Shown: one piece after another, positions 18,843 to 29,991 of the stretch
Numbering within the stretch: position 1 is the first letter of the stretch
Layout of the letters: each line of letters begins with the position of its first letter
Assembly (NCBI GenBank): GCA_902574955.1
Contig: CACGPQ010000001.1
Location: 3,706-67,705, forward strand
Length of the DNA stretch: 64,000 nt
Reading direction: 5' to 3'
Source of the DNA: an uncultured Synechococcaceae cyanobacterium
GTDB taxonomy: Bacteria; Cyanobacteriota; Cyanobacteriia; PCC-6307; Cyanobiaceae
The notes under the pieces: generated by a model
What the model saw: the letters and a program-made list of their open reading frames with translations, nothing else
What the model was told of the DNA's origin: nothing
The model's database searches: none
Made by a program: the position numbers and the translations under genes

Positions 18843-20225
18843 TTAATCTAAATCAGGCATTTCTAGAGCTGGTTCACTCTTTCTGTCGATTCCTTTTTCG
18901 AAACCAGCAGCGGCTGCTCTAGCACGACCAGCATGCCAAAGATGACCAATGAATGTAAACCATCCTAGGAAGAATTGAGCTGCAGCTAACCATTGTCTTA
19001 GGTTAACGAAGTTAACAGCGTTAGGCTCTGTAATGATTCCACCAACAGAGTTGATAGAAGCGTTTGGAGCATGAGTCATGTATTCTGCTGCTCTTCTTAC
19101 CTGCCAAGGCTGAATATCATTTTGGATTTTCTCAAGGCTCAAACCATTAGGTCCTCTTAAAGGCTCTAACCATGGCCCTCTGAAATCCCAAAATCTCATT
19201 GTTTCACCACCAAATATAATTTCACCAGTAGGAGATCTCATGAGATACTTACCTAGACCTGTTGGTCCCATTGTTGAACCTACGTTAGCTCCGATTCTTT
19301 GATCTCTCACTAGGAAAGTAAAGCTTTGAGCCTGTGAAGCTTCAGCATTTGTTGGGCCATAAAACTCTGAAGGGTAAGCAGTGTTATTAAACCAGATGAA
19401 CGTTGAAGCAATAAAACTTGCTACACAAATTCCACCAAGAGCATAACTTAACAGTCCTTCACCATTCCAGATAAAAGCTCTTCTTGCCCATCCAAAAGGT
19501 TTGGTAAAGATATGGAATATTCCTCCAATAATTGCAGTAATACCCACGTAAACATGTCCGCCAACAATATCTTCAATAGAGTTAACACCGATTATTGAAC
19601 CAGCTCCTCCCCATGGAGATCTGAATAGATAACCAAGAATAACTCTTGGATCTAATGTTGGGTTTACAAGTCTGACTTCACCACCACCCGGTGCCCATGT
19701 GTCATATGCACCGCCAATAAAACACCAGTTTACTGACCATGCTAGTGCTCCTACACCTAGAACAATCAAATGATATCCGAGGATATTTGTCATTTGATTT
19801 TTATCTCTCCAATCGGTTGAGAAAAATGGGAAATCTTCTTCAAGTTTTTCTGGACCCGCTAATGAATGGTAAATACCACCAAAACCAAGTACAGCAGAAG
19901 CTATCAAGTGAACCACACCTGCTTGGAAGAAAGGCATGATATCAGTAACTTCACCACCTGGGCCTATTCCGTAGCCAAACATTGCAACGTGTGGCATACA
20001 GATTAAACCTTGCTCCCACATTGGTTTATCAAAAGTAAAATGATTAACCTCAAAGAGCATCATTGCTCCCGCCCAAAAGACTATTAGTCCAGAGTGAGCA
20101 ATGTGAGCTCCTAATAAACGTCCAGATAAATTGATTAATCTAGCGTTACCTACATACCAGGCATAACCAGTTTCCTCAATACTTTGGTTTGGAGCTCTCA
20201 ATAAATTATTAAAGGGCGTTTCCAC
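18843..20225 (-). CDS. psbC: Photosystem II CP43
   Basis: Canonical CP43 sequence; GTG start overlaps psbD by 17 nt. Confidence 0.98.
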   Translation of the reverse strand: METPFNNLLRAPNQSIEETGYAWYVGNARLINLSGRLLGAHIAHSGLIVFWAGAMMLFEVNHFTFDKPMWEQGLICMPHVAMFGYGIGPGGEVTDIMPFFQAGVVHLIASAVLGFGGIYHSLAGPEKLEEDFPFFSTDWRDKNQMTNILGYHLIVLGVGALAWSVNWCFIGGAYDTWAPGGGEVRLVNPTLDPRVILGYLFRSPWGGAGSIIGVNSIEDIVGGHVYVGITAIIGGIFHIFTKPFGWARRAFIWNGEGLLSYALGGICVASFIASTFIWFNNTAYPSEFYGPTNAEASQAQSFTFLVRDQRIGANVGSTMGPTGLGKYLMRSPTGEIIFGGETMRFWDFRGPWLEPLRGPNGLSLEKIQNDIQPWQVRRAAEYMTHAPNASINSVGGIITEPNAVNFVNLRQWLAAAQFFLGWFTFIGHLWHAGRARAAAAGFEKGIDRKSEPALEMPDLD

Positions 20226-21285
20226 GTGGAAGAACCTCCTCAGGGAATACAAAGTTTTCGTGTGGTTGATCCACAGAAGACATCCATGCTCGCATACCTT
20301 CGTTCAAAAGTATATTTTTTGTATAGAAAGTTTCAAATTCTGGATCTTCTGCTGCACGGATTTCTTGGCTTACGAAATCATAAGCTCTTAAGTTTAGTGC
20401 TAAGCCTACAATACCAATTGAAGATGTCCACATACCCATAACAGGTACAAATAGCATCAAGAAATGTAAGAAACGCTTGTTTGAAAAAGCAATACCGAAG
20501 ATTTGACTCCAGAATCTATTCGCTGTAATCATTGAATAAGTTTCTTCTTCTTGAGTTGGGTCAAAAGCTCTAAATGTTGAACTTTGAACCTTACCATCTG
20601 TATAAATACTTGTATCTTCATACAAAGTGTTTTGTACTGTAGCTCCATGGATAGCGCAAAGTAGAGCACCACCAAGAATTCCAGCAACACCCATCATGTG
20701 AAATGGATTTAAAGTAATATTGTGAAAACCTTGAATGAACAGAATGTAACGGAAGATTGCTGCTACACCAAATGAAGGTGCGAAGAACCAACTGTGCTGT
20801 CCTAAAGGATAGATAAGGAAAATACTTGTGAATACTGCAATTACTGCTGAGAATGCTAAAGCGTTGTATGGTCTAATTCCAACAAGGCCAGCAATTTCAA
20901 ACTGACGAAGCATAAAACCAATTAGGCCAAATACTCCATGTAATGCAACGAAGTTCCAAAGTCCACCAAGTTGTAGCCATCTTACGAAGCTACCTTGGGC
21001 TTCAGGACCCCATAAAAATAGAAGACTGTGTCCCATGGCATCACCAGGGGTGCTTACAGCTGCTGTTAAAAAGTTACAACCTTCAAGGTATGAGCTTGCA
21101 ACTCCATGTGTGTACCAAGAGGTAACAAATGTTGTTCCGACGAACCAACCACCTATAGCAAGATATGCACAAGGAAGTAGAAGTAGTCCAGACCAACCAA
21201 TAAATACAAAGCGGTCGCGCTTCAACCAATCATCGAGGACATCAAACCATCCTCTTTGTGGGGCGCTACCAACTGCGATCGTCAT
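20209..21285 (-). CDS. psbD: Photosystem II D2
   Basis: MTIAVG start and C-terminal EVLPRGNAL. Confidence 0.99.
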   Translation of the reverse strand: MTIAVGSAPQRGWFDVLDDWLKRDRFVFIGWSGLLLLPCAYLAIGGWFVGTTFVTSWYTHGVASSYLEGCNFLTAAVSTPGDAMGHSLLFLWGPEAQGSFVRWLQLGGLWNFVALHGVFGLIGFMLRQFEIAGLVGIRPYNALAFSAVIAVFTSIFLIYPLGQHSWFFAPSFGVAAIFRYILFIQGFHNITLNPFHMMGVAGILGGALLCAIHGATVQNTLYEDTSIYTDGKVQSSTFRAFDPTQEEETYSMITANRFWSQIFGIAFSNKRFLHFLMLFVPVMGMWTSSIGIVGLALNLRAYDFVSQEIRAAEDPEFETFYTKNILLNEGMRAWMSSVDQPHENFVFPEEVLPRGNAL

Positions 21286-21468
21286 GAGAAATCGTTTTTT
21301 AGCTTCGGGATACGCAGTGACTGTAACAAAGATTGAGAGTAATGTGGGGAAATATTTGTATATCTGAAATGCCTTGTAAAGCTTTCCTGACTTTTTTATT
21401 AAAAATTAGGTAAGAATACTCCCTTAGTTTGTTAAATTATCTGGATTAGGCTCTAAAAAAAGATAAAA

Positions 21469-22026
21469 ATGAATTCAGACCTCACGTCATTCGATAAAAT
21501 CGAACAAAAAATTGGTGGATCAAGAAAAATTTCAAATTATATTATAGGAGGAATGTTGACTATAGGAGGTATTGGTTTTCTTTTGGCCTCTATATCTAGC
21601 TACACAGGAAGGGATTTATTACCTTTAGGAAATCCTTCAACTTTGTTGTTTATCCCTCAAGGAATAATAATGGGAGCATACGGAGTAATAGCTAATTTAT
21701 TAAATTTTTACTTGTGGTATTTGGTTTACATAAACTTTGGTTCAGGAAGTAATTATTTTGATAAATCCTCAAAATCTGTAGAAATAAAAAGAAAGGGATT
21801 ATTTAAAGATGTTGAAGTTAAATTAGATTTTGATGAAATTAAATCTGTTAAGTTGGATATAAGTGAGGGATTTAATCCTAGAAGAAGAATTGCTTTAGTA
21901 TTAAAAGGTAGAAAGAAACCTCTCCCTTTAAGCGGAGCAGGTGAACTTAAACCACTGCTTCAGGTTGAAGAAGAAGGAGCTCGTCTAGCTAAATTTTTAG
22001 ATGTTAATTTGGAGGGCCTAAAATAA
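21469..22026 (+). CDS. ycf4: Photosystem I assembly protein Ycf4
   Basis: GSRKISNY, FIPQG and LAKFLDV motifs. Confidence 0.95.
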   Translation: MNSDLTSFDKIEQKIGGSRKISNYIIGGMLTIGGIGFLLASISSYTGRDLLPLGNPSTLLFIPQGIIMGAYGVIANLLNFYLWYLVYINFGSGSNYFDKSSKSVEIKRKGLFKDVEVKLDFDEIKSVKLDISEGFNPRRRIALVLKGRKKPLPLSGAGELKPLLQVEEEGARLAKFLDVNLEGLK

Positions 22027-22679
22027 AAAAAAAATATTTTTTAAAAACATTATCTTTTATACAGGTTTTGTTTTTGGTTCAAGCTTGTAGTTATAAAAGT
22101 GAGATTGATTCAAATTATTACTGCCAAAAACTTAAATTTAGTTGTATTCAGAGTAATAAAGTAGTTAATTTTAAAACTTCAAAAGGTGATTTTGAGGTAA
22201 AATTATTTGGTAAGGATAACCCAGTAACAGTATCAAATTTTCTGGAAAACATAGACAATAATATTTATGAAAATAAAAAATTTTATAAAATAATAAATTA
22301 TCCCCAAATAAGGTTTATACATGGCGGCGTTAATCCAGAAAATAAATCTTTTATAGAACAAAAACAAAACCTGAATAAGACAAGTCCAACAATACCTTTA
22401 GAAATAAAATTCAAAGAAGAAATAAAACCAAGATATAACTATCAAATAAAAAATCCTAGTGAAATAGTAAATTTAGTTAATACTTTTGAGAGTGGATCAA
22501 TCGCTATGGTTAAAAGCGGTAAGAATAAGTCTTCATCTACTGAATTTTTTTTTGTAACGACTAAGATCCCAGAACTAGATGGAAGATATTCGATTTTTGG
22601 AAAGATTATTAAAGGATTAGATGTACTCAAAAAAATCAATAAAGAAGACTACATCAAGGCAGTCCAGATATCTAATTAA
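22023..22679 (+). CDS. Cyclophilin-type peptidylprolyl isomerase, likely lipoprotein; start uncertain (ATA 22023 or TTG 22068)
   Basis: NPVTVSNF and LDGRYSIFG motifs; lipobox-like VQAC. Confidence 0.8.
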   Translation: MKKKYFLKTLSFIQVLFLVQACSYKSEIDSNYYCQKLKFSCIQSNKVVNFKTSKGDFEVKLFGKDNPVTVSNFLENIDNNIYENKKFYKIINYPQIRFIHGGVNPENKSFIEQKQNLNKTSPTIPLEIKFKEEIKPRYNYQIKNPSEIVNLVNTFESGSIAMVKSGKNKSSSTEFFFVTTKIPELDGRYSIFGKIIKGLDVLKKINKEDYIKAVQISN

Positions 22680-23200
22680 ATTTCTAAAGAATATTTATTT
22701 ATTTTCAACATTTCTGTATTAACTCCTGAAGAGCGTTTAAGAGCAACCTTACCAGTCCTCGCTATTTCAAGGATGCCGTATGGCTCGAGTAATTTCTCTA
22801 GAGCGACTAACTTCCCAGGATCTCCAACTACCTCCAGAGTTAAGGCCATATCTGATACATCAACAACTTTTGCACGGAAGATCTGTACTATATCAAGGAT
22901 ATTACTCCTAGTATCTTCTTTCGATGAAACTTTTAGTAACATCAATTCCCTTTCAACAGCTGCGAGATTGGTAAAATCTACAACTCCCAGAACATTAAAT
23001 AACTTATTAAGTTGCTTAGTCATTTGTTGAAGAGTTTCATCATCACCCTCTACTACCATTGTTAACCTTGAAATCCCTTTAGATTCTGCAGGTCCTACTG
23101 CAAGGCTATCTATGTTGAATCCCCTTCTAGCGAAGAGACCTGAGATTCTACTCAAGGCTCCAGATTCATCTTCTACAAGAACTGATAATGTATGTTTCAT
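22676..23200 (-). CDS. ilvN: Acetolactate synthase small subunit
   Basis: ACT domain with [13 protein letters not shown] and EIARTG. Confidence 0.96.
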   Translation of the reverse strand: MKHTLSVLVEDESGALSRISGLFARRGFNIDSLAVGPAESKGISRLTMVVEGDDETLQQMTKQLNKLFNVLGVVDFTNLAAVERELMLLKVSSKEDTRSNILDIVQIFRAKVVDVSDMALTLEVVGDPGKLVALEKLLEPYGILEIARTGKVALKRSSGVNTEMLKINKYSLEI

Positions 23201-23203
23201 ATT

Positions 23204-24163
23204 TTAAAAGGTTTTTAAATCTCTAATCCATTCATAAGAAATTCTATTGAATACTGAAGGGTCTTCATCATGGATACAATGCCCTGAATTGGATACTATT
23301 TTTAATTTTACCCATCTATGGAAATTTGCAATCTTTTTACCAACAAACAAAGGTATGAAATTATCTTTTTCGCCCCAAATCAATAAAAAAGGAACTTTTT
23401 TTGAGGCGCTAAGTTTTCTCAAAAGGTGAGAAGCTTTAAATTTTTCATCTCTAGAAGACATTCCAATACACATTGCTCTTAATGATCTAGCTGAAGTTCT
23501 CCTTAAAACTGGTTTTGTTACCAAATCTATTAGTTCGCGATCAATATTATCTTTTTTAAAATAGGCAGAATTTAGCCCCAGTTTAATAACCCCTAATTTA
23601 GTTGTTAAAAATAAAATAATCTCCAAAGGGAAAAACAAAAAAAATATTGTTATGAAACTATCTTGAAATTTCTTAAATGATGATTTTTTTGTTATGGACT
23701 TTTTATTTTCTTGAATTTGATCTGGCAAAGGCGATGCAATAACTGTTGCAATCTGATCCTCTAATGAAACAGCACATGTTAAAGCAACTAGTGATCCAAG
23801 GGAATTTCCAATGAGAATTACTTTCCCAGAATTCTTTGGTCTTATTACCTGTGCAATAAAGTCTTTCACTTGATCACACCAAATCTCATTATTTAATTTT
23901 CCAATTTCTAAAATCCCAGGTTGATCTGAATCCCCAAATCCTATTAAATCCAAAGAATAAGAGGCAAAATTCTTTTTCGCAAAATACTCCAAATTGTTTC
24001 TCCAATGTTTTCGACTTGCTCCAAATCCATGGAGAAAGATAATTGGAATCTCATTTTCTTCGCCTGTAACACTCCAACAAATTTTAAAACCATTCCAATT
24101 CCAGTAATTAGGAATGTTTATATTTTTTTTAAAATTATTATTCATATATTTAAAAATTTTCAA
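23204..24163 (-). CDS. Alpha/beta fold hydrolase
   Basis: HGFGAS, GNSLG and GHCIHDE motifs. Confidence 0.9.
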   Translation of the reverse strand: MKIFKYMNNNFKKNINIPNYWNWNGFKICWSVTGEENEIPIIFLHGFGASRKHWRNNLEYFAKKNFASYSLDLIGFGDSDQPGILEIGKLNNEIWCDQVKDFIAQVIRPKNSGKVILIGNSLGSLVALTCAVSLEDQIATVIASPLPDQIQENKKSITKKSSFKKFQDSFITIFFLFFPLEIILFLTTKLGVIKLGLNSAYFKKDNIDRELIDLVTKPVLRRTSARSLRAMCIGMSSRDEKFKASHLLRKLSASKKVPFLLIWGEKDNFIPLFVGKKIANFHRWVKLKIVSNSGHCIHDEDPSVFNRISYEWIRDLKTF

Positions 24164-24238
24164 GATATTTGAATTATCTACATTTTTAACAAATAAATGT
24201 ATTTTGAATGTAAATTATAGTAATCATTCAATTTTACT

Positions 24239-24337
24239 ATGGCTAAAGAAATTTTTAGTATTGCAGCAGTTTTTTGGATACTGATACCAATAGGATTAGT
24301 TGGTGGTGCTTTGTTATTAAAGTTTCAGGGAGACTGA
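24239..24337 (+). CDS. petM: Cytochrome b6f subunit VII (32 aa), not in the ORF track
   Basis: [32 protein letters not shown], directly upstream of the Ycf39-like gene. Confidence 0.93.
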
Positions 24338-24394
24338 TTCTCACGGATACATCACAATTTGAGTTATGGTCTTAAAGTTAAGTAAATCTTAAGT

Positions 24395-25357
24395 ATGAAG
24401 ATTCTTTTAGTAGGAGCAACAGGAACACTTGGTAGACAAATAGCAAAGCAAGCTATAGAAGAGGGACACGAAGTAAGATGCTTTGTAAGAAATCCAAGAA
24501 AAGCTTCCTTTCTACAAGAATGGGGTTGTGAGCTAACAAAAGGTAATTTATTAAATTCTTCTGATATTGAATATGCATTGCAAGATATTGAAGTAGTTAT
24601 TGATGCAGCGACTAGTAGGCCAGATGATCCTAAAAGTATTTATGAAATTGATTGGGATGGAAAACTTAACTTATTCAATGCTTGCGAATCTTTAAAAGTA
24701 AAAAGGGTAATATTCCTCTCTATCCTCTTAACAGAAAAGTTTAGAAATGTTCCTTTAATGGACATTAAATTTTGCACTGAAAAACTTCTTGAAAAATCTG
24801 ATTTAGACTTTACAATCTTCAAATGCGCAGCTTTTATGCAAGGAGTTATTGGTCAATTCGCAATCCCAATCTTGGATAGTCAAGCAGTGTGGATGAGTGG
24901 GACTCCAACTAAAATTGCTTATATGAATACTCAAGATATGGCGAAAGTTGTTTTAGCAGCAGTAAATAATCCAAAAACTCACAGAACATCATTGCCATTA
25001 GTAGGTCCCAAAGCATGGGATTCAAATGAAGTTATATCTTTATGTGAAAAATTTAGTGAAAAAAAGGCGAAAATTTTTAGAGTTTCCCCCTTCCTTATTA
25101 GTGCAACTCAAAAAGTAGTTTCCTTTTTCCAAGATTCTCTTAATGTTTCTGAGCGATTGGCTTTTGCTGAAGTAACTAGTAGTGGTGAATCATTAGATGC
25201 TGACATGAGCAAAACTTACGAAATATTGGAACTTAAAAAAGAGGATATGACCTCACTAGAGAATTATATAAAGGAGTACTATCAACAAATACTTAAAAGA
25301 TTAAGGGAAATGGAAGCAGATCTTAATATTGAAGAAAAAAAGAGATTACCTTTTTAA
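24395..25357 (+). CDS. ycf39: Ycf39-like NAD(P)-binding (NmrA/SDR) protein
   Basis: GATGTLG, FLQEWG and ERLAF motifs. Confidence 0.88.
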   Translation: MKILLVGATGTLGRQIAKQAIEEGHEVRCFVRNPRKASFLQEWGCELTKGNLLNSSDIEYALQDIEVVIDAATSRPDDPKSIYEIDWDGKLNLFNACESLKVKRVIFLSILLTEKFRNVPLMDIKFCTEKLLEKSDLDFTIFKCAAFMQGVIGQFAIPILDSQAVWMSGTPTKIAYMNTQDMAKVVLAAVNNPKTHRTSLPLVGPKAWDSNEVISLCEKFSEKKAKIFRVSPFLISATQKVVSFFQDSLNVSERLAFAEVTSSGESLDADMSKTYEILELKKEDMTSLENYIKEYYQQILKRLREMEADLNIEEKKRLPF

Positions 25358-25413
25358 TATTGCAATTTTAGAATAAGATAGTATATTTGTACTATATTAA
25401 ATATTATTGACCT

Positions 25414-25626
25414 ATGTCTGTCTCTAAGTCTAAAAACCTTGAAAGAAAACTAGATAATTTTGCAAAAGAAGCAAAAAATGAATTGAATAATGTTTGCGGA
25501 TCTTCATTATGGGAAAGCCTTGGGTTTGTTTTTTTTGATCAATTAGAAGATTCTGAAAAAATTGCGAAAGCAAATTTTTACTATGGACAACTTCAAATTA
25601 TTAATGAAATTAAATTTTCAATTTGA
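25414..25626 (+). CDS. Conserved hypothetical protein
   Basis: 70-aa ORF with KANFYYGQ. Confidence 0.7.
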   Translation: MSVSKSKNLERKLDNFAKEAKNELNNVCGSSLWESLGFVFFDQLEDSEKIAKANFYYGQLQIINEIKFSI

Positions 25627-25718
25627 ATTGAATTGCATATTTTTACGTATGTAATTTTTTTTAAATCAATTTTGGCCAATCTTTTTCTGATAATATGTAC
25701 TTAGTAAAAGATTAATTA

Positions 25719-25985
25719 ATGATTGAAACTTCAGGTGTAATAGAAAAAGAGCAGGGGAATGGATTTTATTTGGTTACCTTAGAACAACCTGAAGGACATC
25801 AATGTTTATGTAGAGCTGCAGGTAAATTGACTAAATTTAGAATTAAATTATTAGCCGGAGACAAAGTGTTAGTTGAGATAAGTCCTTATGATCTTTCTAG
25901 AGGGAGGATAACTTATAGAGAGAGGAATGCAGGAGGTGCTAGACCTACTACTAATAAAAATAATCCCAAGAGAAATAATAAATAA
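25719..25985 (+). CDS. infA: Translation initiation factor IF-1
   Basis: GDKVLVEISPYDLSRGRITYR. Confidence 0.96.
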   Translation: MIETSGVIEKEQGNGFYLVTLEQPEGHQCLCRAAGKLTKFRIKLLAGDKVLVEISPYDLSRGRITYRERNAGGARPTTNKNNPKRNNK

Positions 25986-25994
25986 AAAGTTACT

Positions 25995-27371
25995 TTAGAT
26001 AATATTTTTTATCGCTTCTTGAAACTCACTTCTTTGTTTAACACCTTGCCATTGTTTTTTTAATAATTTTTCTTTAAAAAGTTGAACTGTTGGTGTGCCA
26101 TTAATACCAGCTTGTTTTGCAATATCTTGATCTTTATCAATATCTATTTCAACGCCAAGAACTGCACCATCAAGTTCCTTAATTACCCTTTTCAACTGAG
26201 GTTTCAAAACATGACATGGACCGCAGCTAGGGGAACTAAAAATTACTAAGATAGGTTTTTTACTCTCGTGATAAAGTTTCCTTAATGCATAACTGCCTTT
26301 TTGCCATTCAGAATTTGAATCGAAAGTATCTTCATTAACTTCTTCTTCATTAAAATCTGATGAATTAAGCTTTTTTTCTGGTTCTGGTGTTTCTCTGACT
26401 ATAGTTTTTGCTAAGTTATTCTCGGCTAGCCATCTTTCAGTAGCTAATGCTGCCATGCATCCAGTTCCTGCAGCGGTAACTCCTTGTCTCCACTCAGAAT
26501 CAACAACATCACCTGCAGCGAAGATGCCTTCAATAGATGTTTCTGGCCTTCCTGATTTGCAAGCAATATAGCCTTTATTATCTAAATCAATTTTGTTGTC
26601 CAAGAATTTCGTATTAGGTGTGTGCCCTATCGCGTAAAAAAGACCTTTTATATTGATTTCCCCTTTACCTTCTTGAGAGTGAATAGTTTCTATTCTCTCA
26701 AGCCATTCAGTACCATCCGCTTTATCAACTTTTGTATTCCAATGAATTTCTATCTTTGGATTAGCTTTTACTCTATCAACCATTGCTGCGCTAGCCCTTA
26801 ATTTTTCTGATCGAACTATCAAATGCACTTTGCTTCCATACTTTGTAAGGTATGCTGCTTCTTCACATGCAGAGTCGCCCCCTCCAATAACAGCTAATTC
26901 TTCATCTCTAAATTGTGGGGTGGCTCCATCACATATTGCACAAGCACTTATTCCTTTACTCCAGAATTTATCTTCATTAATTACGCCTAGTCTATTTGCA
27001 CTTGCTCCAGTTGCAATAATAATTGAGTTAGATTTTATAGTTCCTTCTAAAGTTTTTAATTCAAAAGGATGTGAATCGGTATTAATTGAGACTACATCAC
27101 TTTCGATTAAATTAGTGCCCCATCTTTCTGCTTGAGCCTTCATTAGATCCATCAATTCAGGACCCAGTACTCCATCTGGGAAACCTGGATAATTTTCAAC
27201 AAATGTTGTAGTCATTAATTGCCCACCAGGAATTCCACCAGAATTAAATCCTGTTACAAGTAATGGTTGAAGATTTGCTCGTGCGGCATATATTGCAGCG
27301 GTGTATCCTGCAGGCCCCGAACCTATAATTACAACATTTTCTATGTTTGGAATCTTCTCTTTATTTTCCAT
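25995..27371 (-). CDS. trxB: Thioredoxin reductase with fused C-terminal thioredoxin (NTRC type)
   Basis: GSGPAG, CAICDG and a C-terminal CGPC domain. Confidence 0.95.
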   Translation of the reverse strand: MENKEKIPNIENVVIIGSGPAGYTAAIYAARANLQPLLVTGFNSGGIPGGQLMTTTFVENYPGFPDGVLGPELMDLMKAQAERWGTNLIESDVVSINTDSHPFELKTLEGTIKSNSIIIATGASANRLGVINEDKFWSKGISACAICDGATPQFRDEELAVIGGGDSACEEAAYLTKYGSKVHLIVRSEKLRASAAMVDRVKANPKIEIHWNTKVDKADGTEWLERIETIHSQEGKGEINIKGLFYAIGHTPNTKFLDNKIDLDNKGYIACKSGRPETSIEGIFAAGDVVDSEWRQGVTAAGTGCMAALATERWLAENNLAKTIVRETPEPEKKLNSSDFNEEEVNEDTFDSNSEWQKGSYALRKLYHESKKPILVIFSSPSCGPCHVLKPQLKRVIKELDGAVLGVEIDIDKDQDIAKQAGINGTPTVQLFKEKLLKKQWQGVKQRSEFQEAIKNII

Positions 27372-27450
27372 CTATTTGCTAATTTCATTATTTATAATAA
27401 TAAACTAACCCAAATAATGTAGGGCGGATTTCACTCGATAGATTTATTAC

Positions 27451-27675
27451 TTAATCGTTGACTTTTTGGTCTAATAACTTCTTTAATTCCTTTGGGAAGT
27501 TTAAAACAGAATCTTTTAAATTTTCGTTCTTTTCTCCAATATGTAATATCCATTCTCTAAATTCTTCAGCAATCGCATAACTGTCTTCATACCTTTCTAA
27601 AGTGTCCATTGCAGAAATTCTATTGGTTGCCCAACACGTCGCTATGTCGATCCTTTTTCTAATGAAATTGTCCAT
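27451..27675 (-). CDS. Conserved hypothetical protein
   Basis: YAIAEEFREWI motif; likely start MDNFIR. Confidence 0.7.
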   Translation of the reverse strand: MDNFIRKRIDIATCWATNRISAMDTLERYEDSYAIAEEFREWILHIGEKNENLKDSVLNFPKELKKLLDQKVND

Positions 27676-27840
27676 GGAAAGATTTAAGTTGTATATAGAT
27701 AAACACATCAGAGAACCTATGTATTGTCTAATAAGTTACAACTTTGTACTTCCAAACAATAATTTAATCTTTAATTTATATTTGAGCCAATTTTTGGGTG
27801 AATTATAAAGAAAATATAAGGAAAATATAATTAAACAGAG

Positions 27841-28419
27841 TTAGACTGCCTCGCTGTGATTTGCAAGTAGCCTTTCAACTTCCTCAAAACCCTCTTTAGC
27901 TGAATTTATTGCAAGTTCCTCGCTAACTTTTTCTTCTGATATTAATTTTGCGGATATTTTCTTCAAAAGGGTTTCTTTCTTTTCTCTTAGTGAACTAACA
28001 ATTTCTTCTTCAATGATAGATTTTATTGCTTTAGAAATTATTTTTTTATCATTTGCTTCCTCGAATGTGCCCTGAACTAATTCTTGAATAAATAATCGAT
28101 GTACCTCACTACTCCTTAGAAAGCTTTCTGTGGCATTAATAATTCCTTCAACAAGAGCTTCATCAGGTTCAGAATCATTTTCTGCCAGCTTAAATTCCCA
28201 ATCTAAATGTCTTCTTTGCCAACCTGCCGAGTGGAGACTGGGCATGACTGTCTGTGAATAAGTATCAACTGACATTTCATAAATTCTCTCTGCTAATTTC
28301 TCGCACCAGTCTTTACCATGTTTTTCAAGATTTTTCCGCATAGCCTGCCTTGGAACAGCATGACCACCATGATGACTGTGACATACTCCATCAGGGCATT
28401 CGATTGCTTTTATACTCAT
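27841..28419 (-). CDS. Conserved hypothetical protein with a His/Cys-rich N-terminus
   Basis: CPDGVCHSHHGGH motif. Confidence 0.8.
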   Translation of the reverse strand: MSIKAIECPDGVCHSHHGGHAVPRQAMRKNLEKHGKDWCEKLAERIYEMSVDTYSQTVMPSLHSAGWQRRHLDWEFKLAENDSEPDEALVEGIINATESFLRSSEVHRLFIQELVQGTFEEANDKKIISKAIKSIIEEEIVSSLREKKETLLKKISAKLISEEKVSEELAINSAKEGFEEVERLLANHSEAV

Positions 28420-28546
28420 TGGATTAATTAATACTTATATATTCTAGATAGCTATTTTTTTTAGAAAAGAAAATATATTTTTAACAAAAATCCAAGACTT
28501 TTGACTTTCTTCAATTTATATTTAGTATGTTAAAAAAATAAATAAA

Positions 28547-29677
28547 TTGACAAAGATACTTATTCCTTCCGAAACAAGCTCTGGAGAAAGGAGAGTTTCA
28601 GCTACACCAGAAGCGGTAAAGAAATTAAAAAGCCTTGGATGTGATGTTTATATTGAAAGTTCAGCAGGAAAATTATCAGGATTTAGTGACTTATCATATG
28701 AAGAATCGGGCGGAACAATAATAAATAACTTAGATCAAAAAATTTGGGGTGAAGCGGACATAATATTTTGTGTTCAAACTCCATCAGAGGATAATTTAAC
28801 TAAATTAAAGAAAGGCGCTGTTCTTCTTGGTCTTCTTAACCCATATGGTAATAAGGATCTTCTTAGGATTATAAATAGTAATAAGATTTCAGCTTTATCA
28901 CTAGAGTTGCTTCCAAGGATTAGTAGAGCTCAATCTTCTGATGTTCTTTCTTCACAGGCCAATATTGCTGGATATAAAGCAGTTCTTTTAGCTGCAAGTG
29001 AGTTAGATAGATATTTCCCAATGCTTATGACTGCAGCAGGGACAGTCCAACCTGCCAAAGTGGTTGTTCTTGGTGGAGGCGTTGCAGGCTTACAGGCAGT
29101 TGCGACAGCAAAAAGACTTGGTGCAATAGTATTTGTATCTGATATTAGACCTGCTGTTAAAGAACAAGTAGAGTCCCTCGGAGCAAGATTTATAGAACTT
29201 CCTGAAGTTGAGGAAAAGCCAGGAGAGGCGGGAGGTTATGCAAAAGCTGTGACACCCGAATTCCTATCAAAACAGAAGGCAACTTTAACTAAATATTTAT
29301 CTGAAGCTGATGTTGCTATATGTACTGCGCAAGTCCTTGGTAAAAAGGCCCCTGTTTTAATAGACTCTCCAATGATTGAAAAAATGAGACCTGGTGCAGT
29401 AGTTATTGATTTAGCAGTTTCTCAGGGAGGGAACTGCGAAGGATCAAAATCAAATAAAATTATTATCAAAGATGGGGTAAAACTTATAGGAGCAGGCGAA
29501 TTACCCTCTTCAGTCCCTTATGATGCAAGTTCACTTTATGCTAAGAACTTAACATCTTTGATTACACCATTTATAAAAGATGGTGTAATTAATTTAGATA
29601 AAGAGGATGAACTCATTTCTGGATGTTTATTAAGCGATGAAGGAGTTGTTCTTCAAAATAAAGTTTTTGAAAATTGA
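28547..29677 (+). CDS. pntA: NAD(P) transhydrogenase alpha subunit, part 1
   Basis: ERRVSATP, GGGVAGL and GGYAK motifs. Confidence 0.95.
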   Translation: MTKILIPSETSSGERRVSATPEAVKKLKSLGCDVYIESSAGKLSGFSDLSYEESGGTIINNLDQKIWGEADIIFCVQTPSEDNLTKLKKGAVLLGLLNPYGNKDLLRIINSNKISALSLELLPRISRAQSSDVLSSQANIAGYKAVLLAASELDRYFPMLMTAAGTVQPAKVVVLGGGVAGLQAVATAKRLGAIVFVSDIRPAVKEQVESLGARFIELPEVEEKPGEAGGYAKAVTPEFLSKQKATLTKYLSEADVAICTAQVLGKKAPVLIDSPMIEKMRPGAVVIDLAVSQGGNCEGSKSNKIIIKDGVKLIGAGELPSSVPYDASSLYAKNLTSLITPFIKDGVINLDKEDELISGCLLSDEGVVLQNKVFEN

Positions 29678-29689
29678 GGTTTTAAAATT

Positions 29690-29983
29690 ATGTCTTTTAT
29701 AAGTCTTCTTTGGGTTCTTTTACTTGGTAGTTTATTAGGCCTCGAGTTAATTGGAAAAGTTCCTCCTACTCTTCACACACCTCTAATGAGTGGAGCAAAT
29801 GCAATTTCAGGAATAACAATGCTCGCAGCCTTGACTTTAATTGTAAAAGCAGAAGGTAACGTACCACTTTTAATCATTGGTTCAGTTTCTCTTGGATTTG
29901 CTCTTTTCAACGTTGTTGGCGGTTTCTTTGTAACTGATCGAATGCTCGCAATGTTTAGTCGTAAATCATCGAATAAGAAGTAA
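29690..29983 (+). CDS. pntA: NAD(P) transhydrogenase alpha subunit, part 2
   Basis: LHTPLMSGANAISG and TDRMLAMF motifs. Confidence 0.95.
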   Translation: MSFISLLWVLLLGSLLGLELIGKVPPTLHTPLMSGANAISGITMLAALTLIVKAEGNVPLLIIGSVSLGFALFNVVGGFFVTDRMLAMFSRKSSNKK

Positions 29984-29991
29984 TTTTTAAC

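Noticed and set aside
20226-20252. N-terminal extension of psbC given by the ORF track
   Set aside because: The canonical GTG start at 20225 matches the conserved psbD-psbC overlap.
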